From NCBI GenBank assembly GCA_051294375.1, contig CM119268.1, forward strand, positions 4,379,162-4,443,161: a DNA stretch of 64,000 nucleotides, in the 5' to 3' direction. Positions 35,780-50,390 of the stretch are shown in pieces. Under the pieces are notes generated by a model. The model was not told the DNA's origin. It saw nothing but the letters and a program-made list of their open reading frames with translations, and searched no databases. Each line of letters starts with the position of its first letter. Positions within the stretch are counted from its first letter, which is position 1. Source of the stretch: Paraspadella gotoi. Taxonomy: Eukaryota; Animalia; Chaetognatha. The position numbers were made by a program, and so were the translations under genes.

Positions 35780-36070
35780 AGTGACAGTGACTGCCTTATC
35801 ACGTGTATTTCTCGTGACATAACATGATATTACATGACGTCACATGACTACCTGACAACAATAACTTTCTTAGCCCGTGTATTTCTGACACGCACTGCAT
35901 CGGAATTTTGTTTTGTACTCTTTATAGTTTTATGATTTGCAAGTTATGCAAGTTATGAGCATTTTTAACTCAAGTGGGACAGACTGACGGACAGACATAC
36001 CGACCTACGGTCCGACCGACAGACCGACCGAAAAGTGACCTATAGAGTTGCGACGCGGGGCAACTAAAAA
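35780..36070 (-). mobile_element. Short HINE/DINE-1-like element (second copy at about 49010-49325)
   Basis: The plus strand ends ...gaccgaaaagtgacctatagagttgcg...gcaactaaaa, the reverse complement of the family 5' end. Confidence 0.55.
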
Positions 36071-36551
36071 CGAAATAAATATGATGGTGGTTTTCCGAAC
36101 TCAACTAAAACTAAAGCAATTTACAAATCCCTCACCACTCACACGCCCTCTCTCTTCTCTCTCACGTGCTCTCTCTCATCTCTCTCTCTCTCTCTCTCCT
36201 CCTCTCATCTATCCGCGATATGCAAGAACACGCGTTTAGCAACGTCCAGGGTTTGAAAGAAGAGCCTTCTCTTTACGAAAAAATGGCAGCTTTCCCTTTC
36301 CCCTTTTCTCTCTATCCTTTCTTCCTCTCTCTCTTCTAGCTGACGCCCTCTCTACCTCTTTCTTTCTCTTTTCCTTCATTCTCTCAATATAACGCTTGAA
36401 ACGCCTTAAAAATTTAAGAGCTTTACAATCTCTCTCTCTCTCTTTCTTTTCTCTCCCTCATTCTCCTCCACCCTCTCTCTCTCTCTCGCTATCTCTTTCC
36501 CTCTCTCTCACACTCTCTCGCGCTTCTCAGTCTTTAGAAAGAAAATAAGAA

Positions 36552-36606
<55 letters not shown>

Positions 36607-36716
36607 AAGAGAGTGAGAGAATAAGAGAAAAGGAGAGAGAGAGAGAGAGAAAAGAGAGCGAGAGAGAGATTCTAAAGTCTCTAAATTTTTTCAGTCGACG
36701 ACGACTACAATCCTTA

Positions 36717-37310
36717 TAGTGGGAGATGTATTAAAAACCATTGTTTGAGGCACTTAGGCTCTAACCTAAATTTGTACCTGGTAGTTTTCAACTGGGTGGC
36801 AAGCCTATTTCACTCATCATAAATATAAGCAATGCAATCCATCACGCAATTTTAATAAATAAATCGAGAGCAGAGCAACATGAGGTGAGTTATTGAGAAT
36901 AAAGAGAGCCAGAGAGAGAGCTACAGGATAGAGAAAGCCCAAGCTGGTACAAAAAATAATAATTTCAATTGATTAGAATTGCATTTCAAGAGAGTTACAA
37001 ATATTTCCATCATGTTATCGTAATGTTTCTGGGCAACTCTCGCTAAATTTACATCTACTGTGCCCTTTTATACTTCTTTAAATTTGATTAGACAATTAAA
37101 AAACGACTTTCGACTTTTGAGAATACTGACCAAATAATTGGATCAGAAAGGTCTCGTCATTCAGATTAAGAACTATAATATTAACGCAACTGAAATCATA
37201 GAATAAGAGGACGAGTTTAAGAATAAAGCTAGTAACGTTATTGGTATTCCATATAAACGCGAAATATTGATAATTTCGAAAATAACTAAATATTTTATAA
37301 CTATTTAACA
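36717..37310 (-). repeat. Putative 3' LTR of the BEL/Pao element
   Basis: On the minus strand a purine tract AGGGGAAA (about 37312-37319) precedes TGTTAAATAG at 37310. The distal end falls where this copy diverges from the empty-site copy (tccttat at about 36717 versus about 50009). Confidence 0.55.
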
Positions 37311-40300
37311 ATTTCCCCTATTGCATGAAAATGAATATAAAAATTAGTGATAAAAAATCTTTCCAGTTAAATCGTTAAATTGAGAGGGGGATTCAGCGCA
37401 ATAAAAACAAATGAACAGAGTGATTTAAAAAGTTTGAAGCTTGGAAAAAGCATAATAGTAGAAAAATGTGCGGGGTCGATCTTTGCTGAGACAGGATGTT
37501 TAATAGGTAGGGGGGCGAGAGTAGGCCCGGATGTGTAAAAATAATTTTTAAATAATTTTATCGATAAAAACACGGATGGAATCACCGGAAGAGATGATAA
37601 ACAAGGGTAAGCAATCCAATTTCAAACAATTATAACAAACTTTCGCAATTCGATGGTCTTTCACTGTGAGGAATTGTTCTGTTGGCTTTGAGCTCTCATT
37701 TGAATTTAAGCGGAACCGGAGAGAAAGTTTCAATTTCAGGGGTTTCGTTGGCGGGTTTCTTGAGAAGAAGGGAAAGGGGGTAGAGATTTGTCGTCGGGAT
37801 TGAGTTTTTCAGCGGCCGATCGTGTAGATTTCAAGTAGCACTTAATTTCGTTCTAGTCCACGATCGCTAGAGTTTTCCGGCGGCCGTGGGCGGTACAGGA
37901 AACGGCCGGCCTGAGACATGGGTACCATCGGAATAAACTTTCTCAATGGGTGGCGAGGAAATTTGTCGCGGGGAAGAAGGTCGTCAAGTCCATCAGCAAC
38001 AACGTAGCCGACCTTGGAGATTTCGACGGGTTGAGTGTGTCATTTTGACGTTGTTGTAGAGTTGTAATTATATTCGCGTCTCCCAACGTTGCAGAAGGTA
38101 TCTGAGAGGAGTTCTTGTATGCTTCCGAGAGACGGGGCGTTGTCGCTTCTGACCGGGAAGGAATGACGTAATTCGGGAAGGAAGGCACTTCCGCGGGTTG
38201 AGGAATCATCTCATGGCGACAAAGACGGGATCACGGGGATCGTTGGAACGGTGAGTTAGTGGACGACGATTCACAATTCCCTCAGCAACAGTAACAATGT
38301 TTCAATATTTCAGGAACGTTACTTCCTTTTTGTCTAACAAGACGTGAAGAACCTTACTTGATGTGAACGGACGATGCGCTCGCAGGAACTCGCCCAATGC
38401 GGCGAACCGGGTGGATTGAGTCCATTCCAAGCCTTTGAGACGAAGGCCTTCAGTGTAATCTTCATTGTATTTCTTCATGGCGGACCTGAGTTCTTTATTA
38501 GACCAACAACAAAATTCGTACCATTATCATATACAGGATTTAAACTGGAAGTCTTGCATGAAATCTCATCAATGCAGTAAAAAGCAGGATGAGGATAAAT
38601 CTTTCAGCAATCTCTAATTGCAGCTCTCATGCGCAAACAGCTAAATAAAACAATATATCTTTTTCGCCTTTTTCTATAATTTTAACATTAAATGGTCACA
38701 TAAATCAACATCCTGTAGCTTCCAAATGGTAAGTAACCTGGTCAACCTTATTGCAGGAAGTGGAGCCATTTTTTTGTGGATTCGGGTTTGGCGTATTCGC
38801 TGACAAGGATGCAACGCGTATCACCTTTTGAACAGCTGATCTGCCTTAAAATCCAAGAACTGTTTGTCTTATTCGGAAGGGTTTGCTCAGTTCCAGATGA
38901 GCGTAAATTATCATGAATCATTTCAATTAATGACCTGGACCTGTTGTGATTCTTTAGGCAAGAATGGCGGGATGGCGAAGTCTCCATACTTCTCCATGGC
39001 GCGGCTGCAATCGTCTCCGAGACGGCGTAAGATTCCGTTCTCGAACGAAACGATCCCAACTCTCGCATAGGAGAAACCTAGAATGGCAATTCTTTCTGAT
39101 ATAAGGATCACTGTTTTTTATGTCTAAATAATCAATTTCCGACTTAAAAGCTTATTCTGAATCATTTAAATTAAACAATTTTCTGCGTTTTGCATTTCAT
39201 TTAATGTGACTTATAAAACTGTTGGTTTTTCGTGTTTGATTATTTGCTTAGACTTAGATAGAGTAGAAATTTTTTTGTAAATCATGTATTCTGTAGGTTA
39301 GCTAAACCATTGTAGGAAATGTTTGCTGAAAATCTTTTTCTTAAAAATTATGCGTTTTCTTATAAGTGCTGTTCAAATTTTAATAACATTTACCTCAAAT
39401 TTGAATTTCATGTAAGTACAAGCCTTTTCTTCAAAAGTTGGCCAAGCTAGATGGATCCGTCAGAGATGCGCGGTCCTTGGGTGAAAATAATTCCAATGAC
39501 GGCAGGGTGTCACAAGATGCTTCAATGCCGCGGAGACAGGAGATTCTGCTGGGTTTTTATCTGTTGCGTATATAGTGCCCATTGGAAAATTCTGAACTTC
39601 ATGAATCTTAGCCATCACTATTAGCAAAAGAAAGCTGTAAATCTAGTAATCTTATTCGTATATTTGTTTCAAAATACAAGTAGCATCAAACCAGAAAAAT
39701 ACCTCATTGATTTTTTGATCGCATGTTCACGTTTTAGAAATTTATAAAATTTCTGTTGAAGTTACAGCGAGGCAGTGAGCTCGAAAGGCGAGGATTGTTT
39801 CTTTGGAAACCTGAAACTGTACGTTCCCACGCGGGAGCACATTCGTGGCTTAGGCAATTAAAATTGAAACGTGAATGTTATTAAGAAGTTGGTCAGATGA
39901 ATTCTAAGTAAAGGCAACAGAACCATAACCGTATTGACTTGTCATCAGAAAATAAATGTAATCAAGCTTTATACTTATTTTCGCCAATTGAAGGAGACAC
40001 TCGTCCATCCGGCGCTACAGAAACGTTTTCTAATGAGCGTGGAGACTGGTTTTTCCAATCAAGGAAAAGTCTGAGATCATCTCCGGGAATCTTGTCGGTC
40101 CCAACGTAGTCAGCAATGCAGAATTTCGTAATAAACCTTAGCAACAAAGAAAATGGTGCCTGCAAAGCCCAAGCGGGGTCAAATATAGACGCGGTTAATG
40201 ATAAGAACATGGTCTCCTTGTCTTGTATTTTTTTCCACCCCCTTTAAATTTCCTGTAGAAATTTGAAATTCTCAGAACCAAAATCATAACCGACGCTAAG

Positions 40301-42250
40301 GTACATCGTAAAGTTTCAACCTCGATCCACTAACCTTTTCATTTCAATCAGATAATTCGACTCGTGCGCCGGAGGTAAGCGCCAATTCGCGATTTTTGTC
40401 TTCTCCATTTGGAGAGCTGGAATCCACCTTTTCCAAGAAGATCGTCGGACTTGAATCTGAAAGTCTTTTAGCTGCGGGGACTGAATGAGAAGATTAGTCA
40501 TGTTTCATCAACATATAAATTACGGCTTTAAAGTTTTAATGGTTCAAACGTATACAATGGTTTATGTATTTTAACGTGATGTTGAACAGTTCATTGATTT
40601 GCGATCGCGCCTGAAGGGGAATACCAAGAAACATTAATATTCATGCTTAAGCCGATAATTTAGTTCATGTCCATACTTATGGCATCTTTCCAAAAACAGA
40701 ATCTTTGTGCATCTCTATCCTTTTCGTCGATACGGGGGGACCTGGATTATAAATATCCCTTTAATATCCGGCCCATATAAATAATGGGTATGTTGTGCCT
40801 AAACCTAGTTAAGACCAACCTGCTAAATTATTTGCGAGGTTCAGGTCCTTGCAAAAGAAGAATTCATTTAAAAGGACACCTTGACGATTCCGCTTTGCGT
40901 CATGAGACAGACACGTACTTTTTCTGGCTTTTCTTCTTTTAGAAGACAAAAATTAATGAGCACATTGTCCAAATTGGATTTCATAAAAAAAAAAAAAAAT
41001 AAATTTCTAAAAAAGAAAAAAAAAGATTTATCCTTTCAGGGTCTTCAATTATTGTTGGAGAACCCGTCTTGAATCCAGGTTTCAACTTGGTCAAAGACAG
41101 GCTTTTGTTCATGATGGGAAATCTTCTGCCGTTTCGGACGTAGAACGTCGTAGTCGATTGGCGCCATCTGTTGCGTAGAAACTGAAATTAACATAATTTT
41201 GCAGTCTCTTTCCGAACCGCGTTTCGCATGGCAATTCCAACTTTATATTTGCCATCTACTAATTCATATTGGATCGTCCTTAAAACATTATTAAACCTTT
41301 TTATTCATTTTGAGAAAGACATGCCATTGTTTGTTTAAAGGGTCATCGTTAAAATGCATGGCCTGAAAAAATGTATTGCAGCTTGTTGAGAAGAGGTGAA
41401 ATATATCGAGTGAGGTTGGCGAGTGCGGGCGACACACATTGGTAAGATTCCTAAGAAGATTAAGATCAAATGTCCAAGGTATCGGGTAGTGTAGGACGGA
41501 GCAAACGTGCCGCAAGGCCGGAGTTGTGTTGGTTAAGGCGAGTGGGAGGCATCAACTCTGGCTCCACGGCGAATTCACCATCAGTGGGAGAAAAGAGGAA
41601 AATGATCCGTTCCAATGTATGACGTCGAATTCCGTCAGTATCTTCGAATTTCCTATTTGAATTCCGCGTAAGTGTTCATATTTAATAGGTTATCATTCTT
41701 GAGTTGGGAGAAGAAGGTTCTCCATTAGATAAAAACATTTGGCCACGATAACATGCGTTAGCTGCTTTTCATAATCATCATCAAGAAGAGCCAATATAAA
41801 ATTAGTTGTTTGTCTATCTCTATTTTTACAGGCATCCAAGTTGAAACCTGTCATTTTTTCTTATGTAAAGGAGGAACTCAAATGCTGTTACTAATTGTGT
41901 TAAGAACAGGGAGTACGGTTGCTACCAGAATCAAGTAAGGCATTCACAGTTTTTACCTTTTCCATCATAAAGTCACTCTTACCGCTCACTATCGCCTGAA
42001 ATAATTGGGAGGCTGATAGTTTTGCCGAAGCGGCTCTGGACTGTGCGCGTCATCCAGTGTGGTGGAAGAAAAGAACGAATTTCCTAGTGAAACTCTGACC
42101 TTCGCACGTGGAGAAGGTGACAATGGCTTGTTCGCTTTACATTTTTCACAAACTAAAAAGGTTGACGAACATTCAGATGAAATATGATTAAATTTAAGAC
42201 ATTTGTAACAAACTTTTATTTTAGCAGATTGCATACGTTGATCATAATTT
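36717..42250 (-). mobile_element. BEL/Pao LTR retrotransposon (gag knuckle-PR-RT-RH-IN), heavily frameshifted; 5' end unresolved
   Basis: Minus-strand motifs in Pao order, reading across indels: KVCYKCLKFNH...C...CEKC (about 42130-42230); NALLDSGS (about 41920-41945); GPNL..L..VL.RFR (about 40800-40850); ADIK...Q..IDEKDRDAQRF (about 40700-40785); YVD (about 40510); LSLTASIFDP (about 40180); LHLFSD (about 39950); PRLEL (about 39785); KNPA (about 39550); PF..TG.D, DNGTNFV, NPPGSPH, GIVNRRPLT (38250-38740); TTLQQRQ (about 38050). Confidence 0.92.
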
Positions 42251-42689
42251 ATGAGCTTAATAAAAAAATTTAGGACACTAAAAAAAATTTGGAATTGCTT
42301 CTCACAAACTTCATTTAACTTTTTTATTTAACTTACTTAAATCGCGCTTTGATTAGTAGATTGAGATGGCGTAGCTTTTACATGGGAAGAAGGCTTTAAG
42401 TCGTCCCGATGTCGTCATCGCTGCTACCCGACTTTAGTAGCCGTTGGTTTCCATTTTTCGTGCACCAAGATCTCGGGGCTCAGCGAAAGGAGAATCTAGT
42501 TTTTGACGTTAATCATCCAAAAAATCAACAAAAATTATTCTTAAATCGCAACATACACAAACACTCTTTTTTAATAGCAAATTTATGATGATATTTCAAT
42601 CCATTTTTAAATTATTTTATGTGGGGGACTCCGTCTTTTTAAAAAAAAANNNNNNNNNNNNNNNNNNNNNNNNNGAAAAAGAGAGAAAT

Positions 42690-43124
42690 CTGTGGACAAC
42701 CTTTAAAAACCAGAACAAACTTTTAAAATTTCTTTTACACGCATTAGCTTTTTTACTCAGTCTGTATATATGTTACTAAGTAATACTTAGTAAACTTAGT
42801 AAGTATGTGTAGCAGTCATGTTTGTCACAATGACTCATGTAATATATTACTATCCTATCTATCTAATCTATCTATCTATCTTATCTATCTTATCTATCAT
42901 CTATCTATTAATCTATTCTATCTATCTATCTATCTATCTATATGCACCGCCTATCGTTACTCGCGCTCGAAAAATAGCGTTGGTGCTAATGTCATAACTT
43001 ATCACACTCAAACAGTCCCAAACACAAATAAACATTTGAGAGCTGGGAAAAAGGGAGCAGAAAGAGAGAAGAGAGATAGAGAGAGATTGAAAGATTGAAA
43101 GAGAAGAGCGAAGAGCGAGAAGAG

Positions 43125-43191
<67 letters not shown>

Positions 43192-44459
43192 CAGAGAGAG
43201 AGAAGGTTTTTGTTAACAGGAACTTCCTTTTCGTCGGAAAAAATTCAGTGTTGAAATAATTTTCTTGGATTTTTGGAAGATAAATTGAGTTTGAGGCGGA
43301 AGCTTTCAACGAGCAATATACATCTCTCCCTCTCTCTGCCGCTCCATTTCTCTTTCTCTCTTCTTCCTCTCTCTGTATTCGTTGATGTATTCGCTGATGT
43401 GGTCGTTGATGTAGTCCTTTACTTTGCAGTAGTTGCCTTGTAGTTGATGTGGCGAGAAAACATCTTTTCATCAGCAACAAATCTCAAGATCATCTCGTCC
43501 GACGCGGGAGAGAAAAATAAGAAATTCCATGGCGACGAAAACCACGGGGAAAACAGAAATTATAAACATATCAGCAGACATCTGAGTGTGACAGAGAGCG
43601 AGAGGGAGGTAAAGAGTGACAGAAATGAGGGAGAGGTGGAGAGGAGAGAGAGAAGAGAGAGAGAGAGAGGATAGAGAGAGTAAAGACGTTGATCCTTTTA
43701 CCATTTCTTGCTTTTTCTCTTCAATGTTCCTTTACTAGCTATTATAGTACTATGCTTAATTGTCCATTGATACATTGTACAATTTAAGAAAACCATCCGT
43801 CTGTCAATTACAAGCAATGATATTGCAAACAATAGTTCATCCATACAATTTTCATCCGTTGCAAACGATTTCACACCTACACCCATATAACGCGATGAAC
43901 ACCTTCAGTCGTGACCTCAGTGGCTTATTTGATTATGTACCATCAGCTTATTGAACGCATTAGCTTATCTTCCTGCGGCAAGTGGTGAGAATGCCGTAAA
44001 TTCACCTGGAAGGCATGGAAACCATCCATCCTGGTTCCAAGGCTGGAGGGAAAGAAGTTAAGGATATGAAAAATTTCTATGAACAACTTATTTAATCCCG
44101 ATGAGCATCCAAAGAACGGCGGCGGTGGCGGTGGCGGGGCGGTGCGGTGGCGGTGGGCGTTGGCGGCGGCGGCGGCGGAGGCGGTGGCGGCGTGGTGGCG
44201 GTGGCGGTGGCGGCGGCCGGCGGCGTTGGCGGCGGCGCGTTGCGGCGGTTGGGGCGGCGGGCGTTGGCGGTGGCGGCGGCGGCGGCGATGGCGTGGCAGT
44301 GGCGTTTTGGCGGAGCGAGTGCGTCTCTTCCATCAAAGTGGCACTGCGGGTCGAAATCAAAGAGGTGAACGTTTTCGTCCGAATTCTCCTTCACCACGAA
44401 ACAGACGACGGAGGCGAGGGGAAGATTCACGAGAAGAGAGAAGAGGAGAGGAGAGAGAG

Positions 44460-44534
<75 letters not shown>

Positions 44535-44799
44535 GCAAACGGCTTTTCTTGTTTAAGTTAAACAAAAAAAAATCGCATCCGGGAAAAGTTACAAAGCGAC
44601 GATGATGACAAAAATAGGATCAACAAAAACGATGACGACGACGGACGACGAACGACGACGACGGCGGCGGCGGCTTTTATGAAAATTATCGTAAAAAACT
44701 TGTAGGTACATTTCTCTGTCGGTTCCTTAAGTTGAACGAAAGACAAATTAGCGTCTGCCGGAAGAGTAGATGGGAGAACAGGGGATGACAAGAGGAGGA

Positions 44800-44852
<53 letters not shown>

Positions 44853-47800
44853 GTAACTCGTTCGAACCTCATTTTAAATGATTAAATGTTGAAAGAAAAA
44901 AAACAAAAAAAGTAACCATCTTTAGATTACGGAGTTTGATCAACTGTTTTGCAAACTTTGAAAGAAAAAAAAAATTTTATTCAAATTTAAAAATTAATAA
45001 ATCTTCTTAATCATATCCCGTTTTTGTGTTAAAGCTTCCAACTTAGTTGGTTTTATTTGTAAAAAAATTTTCAATATCGTCACTAAATACGAGTTAGTTG
45101 GGATTAGCACATAAAAAAAAAAACATTTAATCCTTTCAGGAATTTGAAATTTGAAAAAAGGAAAAGGAAAAAGGAAGAAAAAATGAAAGGAAAAAAGGGA
45201 GGAAATGGAAGGAAAAAAGGAAGGAAAAAAGGAAGGAAAAAAAGAAATAAGGAAAAAAGAAAAAAGGAAAGAAAAAAGTAAGGAAAAGAAAGAAAGAAAA
45301 AAATATACTGATAAAGAAACTTGAGAAGAAGGAAAATGGTGGAAAATCTTTTATCGAACATTAAACAACAAACGCGTAAGAATAAATATTTTTGAAAAAA
45401 TATGCAAAGATTTTTATTGTGACAACAAGAAAAAATTCTAACAGATACGTAAATAAAAACAGTTTGAGCAAACAATGTCGGGAATCTGCCTACGATAATT
45501 AATTTAATCAATGATTAATTAATTAATTAATAGATTAATTAATAATTATTTTAGAATTAAATTATAATTTATATTCAGCTTGTCCTCATCGATGTCCTTA
45601 AAATTGAGTCAGGACAAGTTATTAAAAATGTTTTGTTTACATTTTATCAAAACAAACAAATATCCTCTAATTATCCAGGAAATTTGATTCGGTTTAGCTT
45701 TCGGTCCACGCTTTTTTGCAAATCAATGGGCTTCTGAAAGTGTGAATATCAAAGGGAGTTGAAATTTCAATATATGGCTTCTTAAGATCAAGAAACTTTA
45801 AAATATCTCATTGTTTCATATCAAATCTTCGTATTTGTTTATGTTTTATTTACAAAAACAAAAACGTTTTAATTATATGTTCGCTCTCTCTCTCTCTCTT
45901 TCCTTTTAAAAATATATGTCGCTCTCCTCTCTCTCCTCTTTTTCTCCGTCACTGCTTCTTCTGATTTCCTCTCTTCAGCTTCTTTCTCTCTCTCTCTCTC
46001 TCTCTCTCTCCTCGTCATCTCTCTCTCTCTCTATCTCTCTCTCTTTTTTTTTTTTTTTTCTTTTACAAAAAAAAATTTTAGATATAATGTGGCCTCACAT
46101 ATGTAAAAAGGAATGCCCGCGCGAACAGGGTGCGAACAACGGGTCCTTTGGGTAAAAAAAGCTCACACTAACCGTCCAGCGCAAATGGGTACCTGCTGAA
46201 ATTCTTTAACGAGTAAAGGGGCTGTAGAGCTCTCTCTTTCTCTCTCTTTTAATTATTATATTATCGCATCTTTCTCTCTCTCTTTTCTCTGCAGCGGCGT
46301 CTCTCTCTCTCTTTTTCTCTCTGTGTGGGTCTGGTCCCTCTCTGTCCGATCTTCTTGCGTGGATCGTTTTGTTTTTTGAAAAAAATTCTGATTTTTTTTT
46401 CCTTCTAAAAACTTTTTAATTTTAACCATTTATTCCGCGCTTTTTTTTCATACAAAATCGCCATATTTCATCCGAGATTTCATGGATTTAATTCTCTATC
46501 TTCTCTCTCCTCTCTCCTCTCTCTCTCATCATCGTCTCTGTCTCTCTCTCACCTCCGCATCTCTCTCTTTTCACTCCATACACCGCATTTTTTTTTGTTT
46601 TATTGACTATCATGCATCAAATGAATGACAATCACGCATGCAGTGAATGACCTATCATCACAGCAAGTGAATGACTAATCATCGCATCAATAAATTGATT
46701 AATCATCGAATCAATATCATTCCTATACATCAATAAATTACTATTACATCAATCAATTAGTATACCTTAATAATTACTATACATTGCCATAATTCGTTAT
46801 CGCATGATTCATGTCGTTTTTTTTTTCCCGGGTTTTTCATTAATTTCTTTGATAGTGGGCCTCCTGGCCTCGATCTTTGAGTCTTTTTAAGATTTTTTTT
46901 ATTTTTATGTCTCCTTCTCTCTCTCTGCTCTCTCTCACTCTCTCTCTCTCAATCCTCATCGGGAATTCTCTTTCTTCTCTCACTCTCACGCTCACTCTCT
47001 CTCTCACTCTCTCTCTTTCTCTAATCCTCTCTCTCTTTTGATGGCAATTACGAACGATCCTTCAATGCTTTTAAGAATTTTTTAAACTTGCATCGAATTT
47101 TTTCAACTTGCATCATTTTTTCAACCTTGGCATTCCGTCAAAAACTTTATATCTAGCTTTCTTCACTCACTTTTCCTACTGCTCAACAAAATTTCATCTC
47201 AAAATCTATCATGGGTAAAATAAATAAAAAAGATTCAAGTAAATGTGACTCATATTTTTTTTTATCTATTAATTTACTCAATTTCCACTGGTAACGTTTT
47301 CCACTGAAAACTTTATAATCAAAGCTCGTCACACATTTTCTACCCACACACAAAATTTCAACTCAATCTAACCTCCAATTATGATTAATAGAGAATTTAT
47401 TGGTTAAAATAAGTAAAAAAGATTTATAGTAAATTCGACTTAGTTTTTTCCATTTAATCTAATTTCGCACTCACACGATTCCATCGAAACTTTATATCCA
47501 GCTTTATCACACCACTTATTCACTAACTACACACACAAAATTTAATTCCAATCCAACCAGCCAAATCACGAAGTTATTGGAGCTTTTTGCTAAGATTAGA
47601 CGGATGGACGGATTGGATTGACTAATTAATTAATTATTTGATTAATTTATTTACTAATGCATTAATTAACTGATTAATTATTTGATTTTATTAATACATC
47701 TGCATTATACATTTAATATAAAAGGGAAAAAAAGCATAATTAATTAGTAAAACAGGTTTTTGTTTTTTTTTCCATTTAACTATTTCCACTCAAACTATTC

Positions 47801-49830
47801 CAATCGAAACTTGATTTCCTGTTCAATCCACCCTACTGCCTACCCACATACAAAATTCAAGGTCAATCACCGCATCCACATCATGAGCAATTGGTTGTTC
47901 AAATAAGTGAATATTTTTTTTTGTTTTTTCCATTTAAATCATTTCCAACTCGGACGATTCCATCGAAACTTCATATCCAGCTCAATCACACAGCTTAACG
48001 CTATTCTCACACAAAATTTCATTAAAATCCATCACCAATCACGAGTAATTGGTGTTTTTTGCTCAAAGGTGGGACGGACGGGGACGGAACGGACATAGAC
48101 AGACGGACGGACGGACATTCAATCTTTTTTTGCATAATTTATCATAATTCATGTTCTGAACATGATATAAGTGTGTGCCCGACAATATTGAGGGGCGGAC
48201 CGACGGACCGAAAAAGGTGAGTTATAGAGGTCGGGATCTGCTGATAAGAGATCCGACTAATTAAATAGACAAACGAATAGACCGTAATTTCTAGCAAATC
48301 TCGAAACGTTCCAAAAAGAAAAAAAAAAGGGTAGGCAAAAAGATAAAAAGGAAAAAAATATGTCAAAAAAGATTAAGAAACTTTTTTTCCGCGCTTTTGT
48401 CACAGACACCAAATAATATGTGAGAGGGGAAAAAAAAGAGAAAAGAAGAAAAAGGCATTTTCCCAAAACTCTGGAATAAAATTAGCCTCATAGATTAATC
48501 GAGGCTTGGATTAAGGGGAGGCGAGGTTTGAATGAATTGATGGACGCGTAATTATTAAGGAGGGAAAATGATTAATAAATAAAGTGAAATTTAAGTGAGT
48601 GATGAACGTTTTCTGACAATTTTGAACAGGGATCAGGAGAGTTCTTCAGGCTGAAAATACTTTTCTTTTGATTGTTAATGGAAATACTAAGCAATAGTTA
48701 TCTTACGGAACACTTTATCATTTACTTGTTCTTTAAAATTCGTAGATTTTTATAGATTTTGGGTCATTTGTTTACTAGACATTTTTGCTTTTTTCTGTGA
48801 GTGTAAATTTTAGAACAAATTTTTTTTCCCTAGCAAAAAAGAAATTTATGTAAGAAACAATAATCGTAAAAATGTATCCTTATAAAGAACTCTTTAAAAA
48901 CAAAAAAATTAGATTTATATGACCTTTCGTTTATTTTTTTATGAAAAATGGGAGATTTATAATTTATTTTTCTTTTTTTTTTTAGTAACGAGAACGGTAA
49001 TTCAAAGGTTTGACAGTGACAGTGACTGCCTATCACGTGTATGTTCTCGTGACATTAACATGATATACATGACGTCACATGATCTACCTGAACAAACAAT
49101 AACTTTCTTAGCCCGTTGAATTTCTGACACGCAACTGCATCGGAATTTTGTTTTGCTACTGCTTTAATAGTTTATAATGATTTGCGAGTTATGCAAAGTT
49201 ATGATGCATTTTTAAACTCAAAGTGGGACAAGACTGTCGGGACAGACATACCGGCCTACGGTCCCGAACGCGAAGACGCGACCGAAAAGTGACCTATAGA
49301 GTTTGCACGCGGGGCAACTAAAAGACAAATAAATATGATGGTGGTTTTCGAACTCAACTAACAACTAAAGCAATTTACAAATCCCTCCCACCACTGCTCT
49401 CTCTCTCTCTCTCTCTCTTCTCTCCCTCTCTCTACTTCTCTCTCTGCTCTCTCTCTCTCTCTCTTCTCTCTTCTCCTCTCTTATCCGCGCATATGCAAGA
49501 ACACGCGTTTAGCAACGTCCAGGGTTTGAAAGGAAGAGCCTTCTCTTTTACGGCACAAAAAATGGCAGCTTTCCCTTTCCGCCCTCTTTCTCTCTATCCT
49601 TTTCTTCCTCTCTCTCTTCTAGCTGACGCCCTCTCTACCTCTTTCTTTCTCTTTTTCTTCATTCTCTCAATATAACGCTTGAAACGCCTTAAAAATTTAG
49701 AGACTTTACAATCTCTCTCTCTCTCTTTTCTTTTCTCTCCCTCATTCTCCTCCACCCTCTCTCTCTCTCTCGCTATCTCTTTCCCTCTCTCTCACTCTCT
49801 CGCGCTCTCAGTCTTTAGAAAGAAAATAAG

Positions 49831-49905
<75 letters not shown>

Positions 49906-50009
49906 TGAGAGAATAAGAGAAAAGGAGAGAGAGAGAGAGAGAAAGAGAGCGAGAGAGAGATTCTAAAGTCTCTAAATTTTTTCAGTCGACGACGAACTAC
50001 AATCCTTAT
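42690..50009 (+). repeat. Segment copy B, with a 2.8-kb insertion; starts just after a 25-N gap
   Basis: 42690-45459 matches 32384-35055 and 48260-50009 matches 35056-36717, with many 1-nt indels. Confidence 0.95.
45460..48260 (-). mobile_element. Helentron-associated (HINE/DINE-1-like) non-autonomous element, about 2.8 kb
   Basis: Absent from the homologous site near 35055. The minus strand begins TTAGTCGGATCT with an immediate inverted copy (hairpin), then a GTCC/GTCG microsatellite, internal tandem units of about 180 bp (47120-48060) and an inverted subterminal repeat GCAGATTCCCGAC near 45478-45490. Inserted in a T-run. Confidence 0.6.
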
Positions 50010-50139
50010 GTATAACATCACATCTAACACCGAGAATGTCACCTAATTTGGTTTCACAAAAGCAAAAACGTTACGCCTAACCAAACAAAAACCAAAAGAT
50101 ATCTCATTCACCTCTGGCAATCTTTCCACGTTGTCTAGG

Positions 50140-50319
50140 ATTTCGTTTCCCAATGGTGGCATCGTTTCTGCAGCCATAGACCATTGATGTGGCGGATCGA
50201 CGGCCCTACGACCATTTGACGGATCTTAAGACGCCGCATATGGGGAGCAACGACGGTCGTCCGTTGTCTGCAGCTATCTCTCTCTTTCTTCCTTTCTCTC
50301 ATTCTTTCTCTCTCTCTCG

Positions 50320-50390
<71 letters not shown>

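Noticed and set aside
42455-42470. Minus-strand TGGTGCACG as the primer-binding site of the BEL/Pao element
   Set aside because: Too close to the Gag knuckle to leave room for gag, and no adjacent 5' LTR matching 36717-37310.
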